A DNA stretch of 64,000 nt from Eledone cirrhosa (Eukaryota), in the NCBI GenBank assembly GCA_964016885.1, contig OZ024740.1:212040001-212104000 (forward strand). Direction: 5' to 3'. Under the pieces are notes generated by a model. It searched no databases and was not told where the DNA came from. It saw only the letters and a list, made by a program, of their open reading frames with translations. Each line of letters begins with the position of its first letter. The stretch's first letter is position 1. A program made the translations under genes and the position numbers. This document shows, piece by piece, positions 50,440 to 64,000 of the stretch.

Positions 50440-51615
50440 TCATCATCGCCATCATTGTTTACCGTCTATCTTCCACGCTAGCATGGGTTAGACGAGAATT
50501 GTCCCACTTGAGGCAAGGTTGGTCGGATGACCGTGTCTCGCTCATATAGGATTATCTGGCAGGTTTTCTACAGCTGGATGCCCTTCCTAACACCAACCAC
50601 ATTTACAGTGTGGACTGGGAGCTTTTTACTGTGTTACCTACACGGCCACATTACAGCGTGGACTGAGTGTTTTTTTTTTTTGTCGTGATACCTACATGAC
50701 CTCATTAGTTTGGACTACATATTGTGGTACCAACATAACTTTATAGAGAAAGGGTGGTGTTGGTGGGAGTGGGAGGATGGAGTAGGGGTAGTGGGTTGGG
50801 GTGTATATTTTGTTAAGAGCTGCCTACTGATTGTAGGTTGACTTTGTACGTAGGGAAGGCAGGCCTTCTGTATTACTGCGTGGCGCCAAAGATCTCGGTC
50901 CAGTGACATTGTCTTAGAGAGGTGCAAGTGTGTAAGGTCGGAATTTATCAAATCGTCCCAGGTTTTTCTAGGTTTACCTACTCCGTAACTACCATCAATT
51001 TTGATCGTCCTGCACTTTTTTAAACAGCTGTCCTCTTTCATGCGCAACACATGACCATACCAACGTAGTCTTCTCTCAAGTAAACAGCATCTGATCCCTC
51101 TTATTCCTAATTTCTCACTTAGTTCATTTATGTTTACCCGTTCGCAAATATTACTATTACACATCCAACAAAGCATGCATGCTTCGTTCCTCTCCAGTCT
51201 GCGCAGGTCCTCTGCACACAATGCCCATGTATCACTGCCATGTAACATTGCTATTCGTATACACGCATCATACAATCTGCCTTTCATTTTTAGAGAGAAA
51301 CCTTTTGTGGCCAACAGCCCGTTTGTAGCGGTCTGGCTACTGTACTTTCAGAGCACCCTCCACAACTGCTGATTTTGTCACCCAGGTAACGGAAAGTGTC
51401 CACTATTTCTATAGAACCATCTGGGCAATAGAAGGAGCTAGTATCCTGTGGGCTCCTGTCGGCCACATATAAAATCTACGTTCTTAGAGAGCTTACCTGT
51501 GATCTCACTACATCTTTTATGTACCCACCCATAGTTTGCATTTGGGACATAGAATGGAATTTCTACCTACTCCTCTCCTACATACTGAGCATGGCCATTT
51601 CCCAGAGGGCACCTG
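50440..51615 (-). mobile_element. RTE-like LINE 3' relic
   Basis: GRLYDACIRIAMLHGSDTW...RRLRWYGHVLR...GKPRKTW; (GAT)n tail. Confidence 0.75.
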
Positions 51616-51617
51616 TA

Positions 51618-51783
<166 letters not shown>

Positions 51784-51799
51784 CACACACAAACATAAC

Positions 51800-52388
51800 A
51801 GAGGAGTTTAAGACTGGCTGCCCATGGGAACATAGTATCTAGAATAAGGACGGGCTGGAAGATGTTTAGGGAGCTGCTTTCTCTGTTGACAAAGAATGGT
51901 TTCTCCCTACGTACAAAAGTCCGGTTATATAATGCCTGTGTGAGATGCGCGATGCTGCATGGTAGTGAGACATGGGCAGCAACTGCAGAGGATATGCGGT
52001 CGGCTGGAGAGATATGAAGCAAGCATGCTCCGTTGGATGTGTAATGTCAATGTGCGTGAACAACCAAGCATAGATAAGTTGAGAGAGAAACTGTGTATAA
52101 GAGGGATAAGTTGTAGTGTCCGGGAGAGAAGACTGCGATGGTATGGACATGTGATGCACATGGAGGATGACCGCTGGGTAAAACAGTGCCAAGAAATCCC
52201 AGTAGAAGGAAGACCACGAAAAACATGGGCGGAGGTGATGAGGGCAGACCTCAGATCGCTGAAGCTCACGGAGGAGATGACGAAGGACCGTTACAAATGG
52301 AGGGACATGCTGTGCTGAATAGGACCCATCCCACCCTTGCAAGCAGGGAAAAGTGAACGTAAAATGATGATAAGGATAATGATGATAT
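51800..52388 (+). mobile_element. RTE-like LINE 3' relic (related piece at 54490-54715, minus)
   Basis: RRLRWYGHVMHM...GRPRKTW; (GAT)n tail. Confidence 0.75.
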
Positions 52389-52465
52389 ATATATATAGTG
52401 GTGGAACACTGGAAGGTAATATCCATAGTGGTAGAGCACTTAGTACAAGGGACGAGTTAGGTAGA

Positions 52466-53953
52466 AGTGGTTACACAACAGTTAGTTCACCATACCGAGA
52501 ACAATTATTTCACCTTAGCGGATCTTCAGCTCGGAATGGGCATGGTATAGGAACAGGAAGGACAACCGTACGAACGCGCATGCGCAGAAACCCGGTCACT
52601 TCACACAGGCAATACTAGACTGCGTGCGAGAGGTGTAAGGGAGAACACTGCGAAAGTCCGAAAAGTTTTTAGGTTGAAAATAAAATTACAAAGAATCAGT
52701 CCGGAGCCTTGTAGTTATGCAATAGGTATTTGGCGACGTGTGAACAACGTGTGAAAAATTCACTTCTCGTGTTTAGGCAATCACTATTGCGTAATCTCTT
52801 TAGAATAGTTATTCGTTCGTCAATACATAAGCCACACGTCGTATTTCCCCTTGCGTATGGCTTGGACTTAGTAATGGCTTTCCATTGAATGGAGTAGTCT
52901 ATACTTGAGTCCTTGAGGGACCATACGTGGCTCGCGAGTTTCGTGGATGAACGTCTGTCTTGGTATCTGAAGGTAGACTGGTGGTTCAGGAAACGTTCCT
53001 TGAATCGGCCCTCCGCCATGCCCACATAGGATTTGACCTGTGGTTCGTTTGGTCGGTTGGAAGTGACCACAGCTTCATAGATTACAGCTGGTGTGTTGCA
53101 TTGCTGTTGAAGGGGGAAAGCTTCAGGCTTACGGCAAGAGCACCCTGGTGGGGTGTTGCTCCTAGGGCTGCTGGTGATGTGGGCCTTCATGTTCTTAGCG
53201 CAGGAGTATCCTAGTTTAACTTTGTGTCGGTTAAAGATGGAGCGGTATTTATGACCTATGGGGAAGTGTCTATCTAAGAGGGCTAGAATTTTTTTCCTAC
53301 ATTGGTTTTAAGGTTGAGTGAGAAGGGAGGAGAGAACCAGATAGTTTGTCTATTGTTGCGCTTACTTTTCTTAATGGTGTTGTTGCTAGTGGGAGAGTAA
53401 GTGATAGGTTGTGAGAAGCCGCTGTTAGCCAACGCCGTGTTATAGTGGGGTGCCGCCCTGTCAAAGATAGCCTTATTAGAGGAGAGGTTTGAGATTCTAG
53501 TACTGATATTCTTAACGAACTTTCTAAAAACAGTGGGAGGGTACATGTGGGGTTAGAAGTAAAGTCTACCTTGTGATCTTTCAGGGTGAGGAACACCTCC
53601 CGCTTAGCTAGAGATTGAACCACCAGTCTACCTTCAGATACCAAGACAGACGTTCATCCACGAAACTCGCGAGCCACGTATGGTCCCTCAAGGACTCAAG
53701 TATAGACTATTCCATTCAATGGAAAGCCATCACTAAGTCCAAGCCATACGCAAGGGGAAATTCGCAGTTATCTCCCTTACACCTCTCGCACGCAGTCTAG
53801 TATTGCCTGTGTGAAGTGACCGGGTTTCTGCGCATGCGCGTTCGTACGGTTGTCCTTCCTGTTCCTATAACCATGCCCATTCCGAGCTGAAGATCCGCTA
53901 AGGTGAAACAATTGTTCTCGGTATGGTGAACTAACTGTTGTGTAACCACTTCT
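52466..53953 (-). mobile_element. Penelope (Neptune-type) 3' fragment with inverted pLTR and inverted internal segment
   Basis: VIYEAVV...YVGMAEGRFKERF, CGLCIDER; ~53770-53953 inverts ~52466-52640; ~53597-53760 inverts ~52845-52990. Confidence 0.85.
53882..53921 (+). ncRNA. Minimal hammerhead ribozyme in Penelope pLTR; inverted copy ~52495-52534
   Basis: CCGAG-CTGAAGA-tCC gctaa GGt-GAAA-CAATTG-TT-CTCGG. Confidence 0.75.
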
Positions 53954-53967
53954 ATATATATATATAA

Positions 53968-54043
53968 TTGCCTCGTCTGACGAACGAATGAAGTCGTTTA
54001 TTTCGTATTCGCCTCATTCGGGAAACCTCTGGTAATGAGGTAA
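53968..54043 (+). ncRNA. Hammerhead ribozyme
   Basis: TTGCCTCGT-CTGACGA-aCGAATGA...TCATTCGg-GAAA-CCTCTGG-TA-ATGAGGTAA. Confidence 0.75.
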
Positions 54044-54130
54044 TTATATTGTATTAAATTTTGCTCTGATACTTACATAGAGCACTCTTCATTTCTATGA
54101 CCTTTTCTGTTTCCAACGGAAATTTCAATA

Positions 54131-54189
<59 letters not shown>

Positions 54190-55127
54190 AATGAAAAAAC
54201 GGAGTTAAAGACTCACGTTAATCCCTGTAATTTAATGAGCTCAAGGTATAAGTACCGAGCTCTTCATAATATAATATATATAGAGAACACACAAAAGAGT
54301 ATGTTTTGAATTACAAGGGATAGAGAACCACTAGAGTGAAATACATAAAGTCTACGAAATGTGTTGAAAATACATAATAATTAGAGAGATAAATTAAAAT
54401 GCACAAACCTACCTTTATAACTATAAAACACCTGGACAGGTTTCGCCATAAACAGTGCCAGAACGATTACATCCCAATATATACAATATATATATATATC
54501 ATCATCATTTAGCGCCTGCTTTTCTTTGCTTGCAAGGGTGGAACGGGTCCTTTTCAGCAGCACAGCATCTCTCCATTCACCACGGTCCTTTGTCATGTGA
54601 GCTTCAGCGATCTGGGGTCAGCTCTCACTACCTCTGCTCATGATTTTCGTGGTCTTCCTCTACTGCGTCTTCCTTCCACTCGGATTTCTTGACACTTCTT
54701 TACTCAGAGCTCATCATCTGGTGGAGTCCAATCCTCTCCAGGTCTGAATACAGCAGATTTCTTTCAAAGAATGATAAAGAGAGTGAGAGAATGGAAGTGA
54801 GAAAGAAATACAGAGGAAGGATCGACTCCAGTACTTGACTGGTACTTTTTTATCGACTCGAATGGATGAAAGGTAAAGTTGGTCTCGGTGGGATTTGAAC
54901 GCAGAGAGCCGAAACGAATACTGCAAACGACTGCAAATTCGCCGCCTTCAGTAATGCACCATTGTAGATAAAAACTCCCTTTCCTGTTTAGGAGAAAATG
55001 AAAAAAAAAAAAAAATCATCGTTTTTATTTATTTATTTATTTATCTACGAACATAAAATATGACATTTCTAAAATCACAACTATTGTTGACTGTTGTTGA
55101 ATTATGGGAAGACTACTTGTAGAAATT

Positions 55128-55505
55128 ACTGCCTCCGTCTCTCTCACTCTCCCCATCTCTCTCTTTCACTCACTGCCTCCGTCTCTCTCACTCTCCCCAT
55201 CTCTCTCTTTCACTCACTTTCTCCGCCTCTCTCACTCTCCCCATCTCTCCTTTTCACTCACTGCCTCCGTCTCTCTCACTCTCCCCATTTCTCTCTTTCA
55301 CTCACTGCCTCCGTCTCTCTCGCTCTCCCCATCTCTCCCTTTCACTCACTGCCTCCGTCTCTCTCACTCTCCCCACCTCTCTCTTTCACTCACTGCCTCC
55401 GTCTCTCTCGCTCTCCCTTTCACTCACTGCCTCTGTCTTTCTCACTCTCCCCACCTCTCTCTTTCACTTACTGCCTCCGTCTCTCTCACTCTCCCCATCT
55501 CTCAC
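55128..55505. repeat. 44-bp CT-rich minisatellite, ~9 units
   Basis: cactgcctccgtctctctcactctccccatctctctctttcact repeated. Confidence 0.9.
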
Positions 55506-55509
55506 TATT

Positions 55510-56220
55510 ATAAGGAAATGGGCGCCCACGAGCTGGCCGCCCGGTGGACAGAATAGAGATGGTTTTTCCCTTGAGGATGGTGAGGGAGACGTGTTGGAAC
55601 AGCCACTCCAGCTTGCGAGGCTCACACCTGCGGGTAGCCAACTCCATGCCGATAGTGGTGAGTAAGGAGGTGGTCCTAGGCTAACCGGAAGTCTCCACTG
55701 TTACGGGCTCGACCACAAACCTGTCGGAGAGCGACCGATATTTGGAGAAGACACATATAAACTATGAACCTATGTCTTAACTACTCAGGTAATATGACTA
55801 TTTCATTGGTATATATTTCGTTGACTAAAGCCGACAAGAATAATTAACTCAGTGGTTGCCAACATTTGTGTAAATTAAAAATAATTTAGGCATGCTTAAA
55901 AACCCATTAGAAGGAGCTCCTGTTGTGGTATAATTCAGTGTGAGGGTCTTCTTTTTTTCTTCCTTATTATTCTAACGTCTTTATTTAATAATGTATATTG
56001 GCACTCGATTACTTCATTGGTATATTTTTTCCATCCTGTGGAGTTCGTGACGTTTGGTGGAGCTGGACCTCTGATAGCGAAATTCTTGTCACCATTAGTG
56101 GCTCACCTTACCGAGGTATCAGGTGATGCCTGTGTGAGTGCTTGGTTGTGTCAGTGCCTTAGTCTCTCCACCACCCGCGGTAATACAGCAAGCGGGTTAC
56201 CTTGCCTCAAAAATTTCCGT
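55510..56220. mobile_element. CRE-like RLE relics (55510-55745 minus; 56030-56220 plus)
   Basis: KYRSLSDRFVVEPVTVETSG; FHPVEFVTFGGAGP...WLCQCLSL..RGN, similar to 3010-3180. Confidence 0.6.
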
Positions 56221-56719
56221 TGTCCTTTGTGGTGGGCGGCTGATTGCCAACTTGGTGGTTGTTTTTGTTTGTTGGTAATTTTTTCTCCTCGAAAGTACCA
56301 GTAATGCACTGAGTAATTGCTGGCCTTGTGCTTAAAGTAGAAACAATTATATATGTCACGTTCCTAGCTATATTCTGTAAGAATTATAAACATTTTGTCA
56401 TCTTTTGTAGTATTCATTATATTTCGTTTATTTATGCTTCTTCACAGAATGATATATGTGCTTACATGAAAAACAACGTCTTCAAAAAAAAAAAATACCA
56501 GTTACTACTCACGTTGGTAGACGAAAACAAGGGTGCCGAACAATAACACATGCTACATCAATTGTAAGTATTAAAGCTTGGTTCTCTCCTCAAAGGGAAA
56601 TAACCTTTTTTGAAACTGGTTATTTCCCTTGCAACAAAATTATTTTCCTTACTTATTTCCCTTCATCTTTGAAAACTGAGATTAACACACGCGATTCTCA
56701 TTTCTTGGGTGTCTTTCCA

Positions 56720-57280
56720 GAGATGTAGGTAAGCAAGGTATTTAAAGTATGGTAGATGCCTGATGGAGGGTATTCGTTTGATTGCTCGTCTCTGAACAGT
56801 TCCCACGAGATCAATATTCTGAGCAAAATGGGTTCCAGACTGGTGGTGCAAATTCTAAGTGTGGACATACCATAGCTTTAAAAAGATAGATGGAGAGCAG
56901 CTGACAAAGATCTTACTGAGTGATGCTAAGACACCCTCGGCTTTTTTAACAATTTTAGATATGTACTTTATGCAACGCAAATCGCTGCTGACAATAATTC
57001 CCAGGTCACGTTCACAAGAAGACTTCTTGATATTAGTGTTATGGAGGGAGTATATGAACGCTCGGTTTTCCTCTCAAAATGCATGGTGGTACACTTGTCC
57101 ACAGCCAGCTTGAGTTGCCAGTCCATAATCCATTGCTGCATTATGTCCAGTTCTGATTGCAGGAAAGATCTATAGTGTTCAAGATCTGTCCTTTTTATCT
57201 CAAGGTACAGCTTGATGTCATCTGCATATTTCAGCACTGTGACATTCTTCAAGTTGGAATGTATGTCATTGATATATGGA
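56720..57280 (-). mobile_element. CR1-like LINE RT relic
   Basis: YINDI...LKYADDIKLY...WQLKLAVDKC; VQRRAIKRIP. Confidence 0.75.
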
Positions 57281-58639
57281 ACAGACAAATGTTTGACTAA
57301 ATATTAAATCATTTATTATTTTCATGTAATCTTATCCTAGGAATATATTTGAATATTTTAGAATAAAGTATTTTTTCTTGTATCTTATGAATTAGACATG
57401 AGCTATAATGCGGTAAAATTAATGGAAATTCAACTTAATCGTCCCCTAGCCCTTATTAATTTTCCAGATTTTTTCCACCACCACCTGCTTTTATTCCACC
57501 GCAACCCCACTTATTACATTTTTCTAATCTATCTCTGGTGAAGTGGTTGCATTTCCTGTGACAATTTTCTTTAGACATTAAAAGACATTATACACGACAA
57601 AAGATTACACTACTAGAAATCCCATATGTTATAAAATAAGTAGGATGGGTTTGGGGTCTCAATATGTAACCTAAACGACTAATTCTGGTTTAAAAAAAAA
57701 AAATTAACTGAAACAACCTAGAAAAATTACTGACTTCTTCCCCTCATATTTGGAACTTGACAGTAGTTGAATGGAAATTTATCATCTGGGTCATCAAGCA
57801 TGCTTCTTGTTGGCAATATTATTTTATCCTCCACCACCATTCAATAGGAAAATCCCCTGGGCTCTTTTCTCTTTGCACATCATGGCCCCATTCAGTGTTT
57901 AGTGCTTGGAAAATGCAGCTGTAGGTGAACCTGTATATGTAGTGCAATGGGGTTTAATAGTGAAACATGGCTATTGAATGTAGAAGCTATGTAAAGGCAT
58001 TGGTCTATCCATTGCTAATACTATCTACTAGTCGCAACTCCTGACAGAAAAAGTAATGTTAAATAAAATGTCTTGTTCGAGGACATAATGCATCGTTCAG
58101 TGCTGCAACTGAACTTGCAATCTCATGATTGTGAATCCAGTTCTCTAACCACCAAGCCATATGTTTTCACAATGACAAGCACAGTACATCCTGTCAAGAT
58201 TATTACAACATTTACAAATCTTTAAGACCATCTTTCAGATTGCTTGATGTGTATATACTCTGAGATCCTAATTAGAGTTGAAAACCAATTAAGAACATTC
58301 ATCATGTATCAATTTAGAGGGAAGTATGTCTGTGTACACAATGTGTATATTTATATAAACGCATTTATATAAGGACCGGATGGAATAAGTTTAAGGAGCT
58401 GCTTCTTCTATTGACCAATCCAGTATGTGTTTTTGTCTAGACATCGTGTGGCTTTTTTGTTGTGTCTTTGTGTTTTATCCTTCACTGCCAAGGGGTAATT
58501 TTGTTGATGATACCACCTCCAGGACGATTATCAACCAAGATTAGTGAGCTTGTCCTGCCCATCAGACACAGCTACTCCCCACAAGGTGCCAGGGATTGTA
58601 TAATAATTATTATTATGGCAGACCCCTTTTATGTCTTGT

Positions 58640-59327
58640 GGCCATAGCAAAAGTGGAAGAACCATCAGCAGGGCCTCTCTGAGATGTGCACAGGACGATG
58701 AAACCATCCTGCATGCAATTGGCCAATATCCAAGCATTGCTGACTTGTGGGTTTATGTCAAACACCTGCTGGCACGTGTAGAACAAATTCGGTTATCAAT
58801 CAAGTCGATTGTAAAGATCGTCCTGCCGCCTTCTTTTAGACAAGAAGGGCAGGGCATTTTTATGTCTTGTGGCCATGGCAAAAGAAGTTGTATGGTGGAC
58901 ACATTTGAAAGGTTTGAAGACAAGTACTTTCATCTTTGATTAACTTTTTCAGATTCCACTTGAGGAAGAAAATAAGGGTAGCGAGAGAAGTGCTGCTTTC
59001 AAAGCAATTTGTTGAAAGTTGTGTGAGAGAAGCGAGCATGGCTCGAGTGAATGGGTCCGCTCTGAGTGTAAGCCTGTAGATTGGAGGAGTACAACTGGGA
59101 CAGGGCACTTGCCCTAAAGATCAAAGCATGCAAGGTTTTATGGGGCTTTTTCACGAATGACCCTCGAACGTCTCCTCTCTATTGAGGAAACTTATGTTTT
59201 AATTTTTTTTTTAACGTTGTTAAAATTTGTTTACATGCAAAACCCACACACGAACACACACATATACACACACACTCTGTTTTCGTTCATAATGTTTTTC
59301 TTAACCCTTTGTTGTTAATAAAGAAAT
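58640..59327 (+). mobile_element. Old Tx1-like 3' end relic
   Basis: RCAQDDETILHA...MARVNGSALSVSL*; AATAAAGAAA end. Confidence 0.75.
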
Positions 59328-59349
59328 CATTATCATTATTATTATTATG

Positions 59350-59740
59350 GCTGTATCGGTAGAGGGTCGGATGCCATGCTTTGCAGCATAGAGTTATGGC
59401 TCTTTATGATCTGAGCTCAAATCCCGCCGAGGTTAACTTTGTCTTTCATCCTTATGGGGTCGATAAAATAAAGTACCAGTCACGCACTGGGGTCGATTTA
59501 ATCGACTTCCCCCTCCCCCCAAATTACTGGCCTTGTGCCTATATAAGAAACCATTATTATTATTATGGCTGTATCGGTAGAAGGTTGGACGCCATGCTTT
59601 TCAGCATAGTTACGTCCCTTTACGGTCTGAGTTCAAATCCAGTCGAGGTTAACTTTGCCTTTCATCTTACAGGGTCAATAAAATAAAGTACCAGTAATGT
59701 ACTGGGTAATTGCTAGCCTTGTGCCAAAATTAGAAACAAT
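59350..59740 (+). mobile_element. Two tandem tRNA-derived SINEs
   Basis: B-box-like G(T/C)TCAAATCC + ATAAAATAAAGTACCAGT, twice. Confidence 0.75.
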
Positions 59741-60755
59741 TATTATTATTATTGTTTAAGTCTCAGTCATTGATGTTATTTAACTGGAAAGTTTGTTGAA
59801 ATGAACATCAAGCCTCAGATATTCAGGACGTATCGGAGGGTTCTTGCTGTTCCCAGCAAACATGCCTTTTGAAGTGTTCCAAAAAACGGGGCTGGACTAA
59901 TCTTCTTTAACCATCCTTGGAAACTCCTTGAGATAGTACCTAGTGCACCTATGACAATCGGGACAACCTTGATTTCATGGCAGTTCCAAATCCTTTTTAA
60001 CTCCCACTTTAAATTCTGGTATCAGTTAATTTTCTCCCTCTCCTTTTCTTGCACTCTCGTGTCAAATGGGCAGGCTATATCTACAATCCCACTAGTTATT
60101 GTTTAGCCATTAGTCGCCACTCAGTATTCATTTATTACCACATTCCTATAGGTATTAGTACTAATACTATCACTACTATTACCACTACAACTACTACTAC
60201 TACCACTACTATTACTATTATCATCACTAGATAATTGTCTCCTCAGGCACAATCTTTTTTCCTTGTCAAAAACCACCAGGTCAGGCCTGTTGTGTTCTAA
60301 TTTCTTGTCCGTCTGTATCCTAAAATCTCATAGCACTTCACTGGATCGTTTTCTATCACCAACTCTGGCTTATTCTCATACCACTTCTCAGAATGTGGTA
60401 AATTGTTTAGTTTGCATAGGTGTCAGTGGATCACCCTGCCTATCATATCATGTCTCCAGCCTTTATAGTGAGTCTGTGCTAGGTGTTTACACTTGGATAC
60501 AATGTGAGCCACAGTCTTCTCTCTTCACAGATTCTACACAGTGAGCTAGCCTCCTCCTTGTCAATATGGTGTTTTACCCACTTCGTTCTGAGGGCTTGTT
60601 CTTGCGCAGCCATTAGCATTCCTTCTGTAGCTTTTTTAAGGTCTCCTCTTTTTAAGCAGTTCCATGTCTGTGGATCTCTGAATTCCGTTTTCTTAAAGAA
60701 GGTGCTATGAAGGGATTTTTCATGAAGGTTGCTCTTTCTCCTTGTTGTTATTTCC

Positions 60756-60826
<71 letters not shown>
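59740..60826 (-). mobile_element. R4/Dong-like RLE non-LTR 3' relic flanked by (TAA)n
   Basis: EGMLMAAQEQALRT, NRPDLVV, KWELKRIW..IKVVPIVIGALGTI..LQKACLLGTARTLR; (TAA)n at both ends. Confidence 0.75.
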
Positions 60827-60845
60827 GTTGTGCTGAATCTCTCGA

Positions 60846-63800
60846 GACGTGTGTAACTATGATGGAGTAAGTCAGTTGAATTTTATGAACTTATCGAAAC
60901 TTTTATATAGTAATTTTTACATTGTTGTGTAGTTAAAGAACCCCTCTTTCAAAGGAAGTGGTTTCTTAACTGTATCTCTCGCCCTTAAGGGCTGAATTTG
61001 TATTTATTTATAATCGTACCCCTCAATTTTTTGTTAAAAAAAAACATGGTGGACAAAAAGAATTGTTTACAGGGAGGAACAGCAGGTTGTTCGGAGGGTA
61101 GAACAGCCGATTCCGTCCAATCACAAGGCAAAGGCAAGAACAACAGAAACAGCAGCAGCCACAGTGGAAATCGCGTGGTTGAATGCGGCCGTCTTCGCTG
61201 ACGTCGAGGATTCAACAACTATCCTTGATGTCATGCAAATAAGACAGGCGAATTGGGGATGGAGCTAATCATCCAAGCAAACCATGAGAACATCGAGGCC
61301 ATCCTCGATGTAATAGACCTGGATGACGGCAGCCATCTACCTGTGACTGTCGAAGGTAGGCGCCCAAGGTGTCATAGATGCGGTGACAAGATGCACCTTA
61401 AGGTCTTCTGCCCCAAACTCACCAAAATGGGCACGCACTCCCTCCTTCTCCCTACACCATGCCCCGCAACTGAAATGGACAAGCTTTCAGGTTAGTGGCC
61501 GTCTATGCCCCAACAGGACTAGCATAGGTTGTCCACAATTCAATATAGTCGACTACACGGACCACAAATTCGTGATCTGTGTGGTTGACTTAGATAGGCT
61601 TCATAGACAGGGACCCGGCTACTGGAAGCTAAACGTGTTGTTAACTGCGCGCAAAGCTTACAGAGACCGGATTAGCAAATTAGTTAAGCGGTGCGTTGAC
61701 GGGGGCCATCGTCAACAACAAATGATGGTTTGCCCTGAAAAGAGTGATTAGACTAGAGTCCATTAGGTTTAGTAAGGCGTTAGTAATAGAGAAAAATACA
61801 ACAGCCGGAGAATTAGTTGGCAAATTAGATGAGGCGCTTAGTAAAGGCATCGCGACCGACGTGCTTGCGGCGAATTTGGCTCTCAACCAATTTTTCAACG
61901 CAAAGCACGAAGGCTGCGTTGTGAAGGCTAGGGTGCATGCTCTTAGACACGAGGGGACGAAAGCCGTTCAATGGGCCTGGGTGGTGGAAGCGTGTCGTGG
62001 CAACAAAATCACGATCCGGTCTTTGGCGGACCACGATGGGCGCATGCTACTCGGTCCCGGGCAGATGTGTGTGGCTTTTCAGTGACACTTTGTGGTTCGG
62101 GGGCAGCGGCGGGCCGGATCGCGGGATGGACTTTAATGCCTACCTCGACAGACTGCTGTGGCTCTTGGCCACTGAGGCGGAGTGTTGCGAAAAGCCGATA
62201 ACAGCTGCTGAAGTACGGGAGGAAATGACTGAGTGCACAATGGGTAAATCACCTGGTTTGGAGGGTCTGCTCTACGAACTTTACGTACAGATGTCAGACT
62301 TGTTCGGAGACCTCTTGGCGGACATCTACTGCAACTGGCAACAGAACGGGAGAATTCCCAGCTCTGTGAGCCGAGGAGCGGTGGCACTGCTGAGAAAAGA
62401 TCCGAACAAGGGGGATAACATAGATAATTTCAGGCCCATAACTCTGCTAAACACAGAGTTCAAGATTTTGGCTAAGGTGCTAGCAAAGAGGTTGGCGTTT
62501 GTCGTCGGTGGTCTGGTGGGAGAGGCGCAGACATGCGGCATTCCAGACAGATCCATCCTCATGCGATACATTGTGGAGAGGGTAGCTAGGGAACCTGGCC
62601 CTGGTGGGTCCTTGATCAATTTAGATCAGTCTAAAGCTTTTGATAGGGTTGACCATCACTATCTGGTGGCAGTCCTGAGGGCGGCTGGCTTTGGGCCTGT
62701 CTTCAGAAGCTGGATTGATGCCTTGCACAGCGACATCTGCTCTGTGGTGAGAGTGAATGGTCACCTTTTGGAACCATTTAACATCATGTGCTCTGTCCGC
62801 CAAGGATGTCTTCTCTCATCCCTGTTGTACGTTTTGACTCTCGAGCCATTACTGCACAAACTGGAGACGTTGAGGAGGCGAACTGGGATGCGTAAGAACC
62901 ATGTCAGCATATGCAGTTGACGTGACTGTAGTGGTGTTGAATGCCAAACACATCGAGGCGATCGGCACCTTACTAAGAGAATACGAGGCGGTGACAGGAA
63001 CAATGATCAACCAGGAAAAGTCAGTGGGTCTGCAGCTCAGCACCTGGAGAGGCAGGTCCATGCTGTCCAACAGCATCGTCGGGCGCTGGACAGACAGACC
63101 AATTAAATTGCTAGAGGTCTGGTTCAGTCTGGACCTCCAGACGGACAAAATCTGGGACGAGGTGACGAGCAGGGTGGCCTCTCTCACCCAGAAATGGGCT
63201 GAGAGGAACCTATCCCTGAAAGGTCGAGTGGAGGTGGCGAATGCGTACATCGCGTCATTCATCTACTACCGCCTGACCATCGTGCCTTGTCCTAAGCCTC
63301 GCCTGACTGTGTTGAAGCGTTTGCTCTTTCACTTTTTGTGGAAGGGACGTGCTCTGATGATCAGACATGCGCTCAGGCACGGCATCTCCACCTCTTCCTC
63401 GACGGTGATCAGGTGTGTCGCCCTTTGCTAGACGCGTGTTTCTCCAGCCCATCTCCTTGGCGGAGTTGAAGTCCTGGGTCAAGCGAAGACTGAGAGGAAG
63501 CGTTTGGTGACTGGAATGTCTTCAGGCACTTACAGCCCTCAACCAGCCGAGCAATACGATCGGTGGAAACTCCACCTTGGTGTTCTATAGAGGGTTAGTG
63601 GCGGGAAAGAGCGATGACGTCCTTGGGGAGGCTCTGGGTGTCGACGATGAAAACCAATTAGCCAATCTCTTCGGGAGAACTTTCGGGCTGGGGCCCATCG
63701 ACAACTTCCAGAAATCCCTGGCCTGGCAGTGCTACTGAGGAGCCTTGCCAGTTCGGGATAAAGTCTACAGGCATGGAAGTGCCCTCAGCTGGGCCTATTC

Positions 63801-64000
63801 GAGATGCGTGCAGGGCGATGAAACTGTCCTGCACGCTTGTGGCCAGTGTCCAAGCATTACTGACTCGTGAGTTTATGTCAAACACCTGCTGTCACGTGTA
63901 GAATGGATCTGGCTATCAGCTGAGTCCATCATGAGGATTTGCCCAGACGCCTTCCTTTAACCTGGTGGTCATGGTAAAAGAGATCGTATGGTGGACACGT
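60846..64000 (+). mobile_element. Degraded Tx1-like element with internal deletions, running off the window
   Basis: 5' GACGTGTGTAACT, UTR hairpins, CHRCGDKMHLKVFC knuckle, RT LDQSKAFDRV/VRQGC; many stops. Confidence 0.85.

Noticed and set aside
55094-55556. CRISPR-like array or repeat protein
   Set aside because: Tandem 44-bp minisatellite without unique spacers; eukaryotic context, no cas genes.
61488-61496. CAG|GTTAGT donor-like site at the end of ORF 61253..61495
   Set aside because: The sequence is the endonuclease motif AFRLVAVYAP brought next to ORF1 by a deletion; it is not the real ORF1 end.

Overview
Eukaryotic, AT-rich and microsatellite-rich DNA made almost entirely of transposable elements. 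It is probably from an animal; the SINE repertoire resembles octopus/coleoid cephalopods, which is an inference. The core (12.1-31.3 kb) is a cluster of Tx1/L1-type non-LTR retrotransposons with ORF1 (CCHC knuckle) and ORF2 (APE endonuclease + RT), from several divergent families. I label them A-E. They are joined head-to-tail through (GATA/TATC)n microsatellite, with further copies at 11.1, 45.5, 58.6 and 60.8-64 kb. Most striking observation: the whole of ORF2 is bracketed like a spliceosomal intron. A GTRAG donor overlaps the ORF1 stop codon and a pyrimidine-rich TAG|G acceptor is the ORF2 stop codon. In the two complete elements, splicing would regenerate the exact ORF1 C-terminus plus a stop. 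The elements also share covarying 5'/3' UTR hairpins and a candidate 66-69 nt 5'UTR intron. The rest of the window holds Penelope (GIY-YIG) fragments and about a dozen hammerhead ribozyme motifs, often in inverted repeats. One is a 467-bp retrozyme-like unit in a ~1.4-kb palindrome whose axis lies beside the predicted cleavage site. Also present: CRE-, R4/Dong-, RTE- and CR1-like LINE relics, tRNA-derived SINEs, a Helitron with an empty-site paralog, and two weak candidate host exons. Coordinates were counted by eye and may be off by a few bases.
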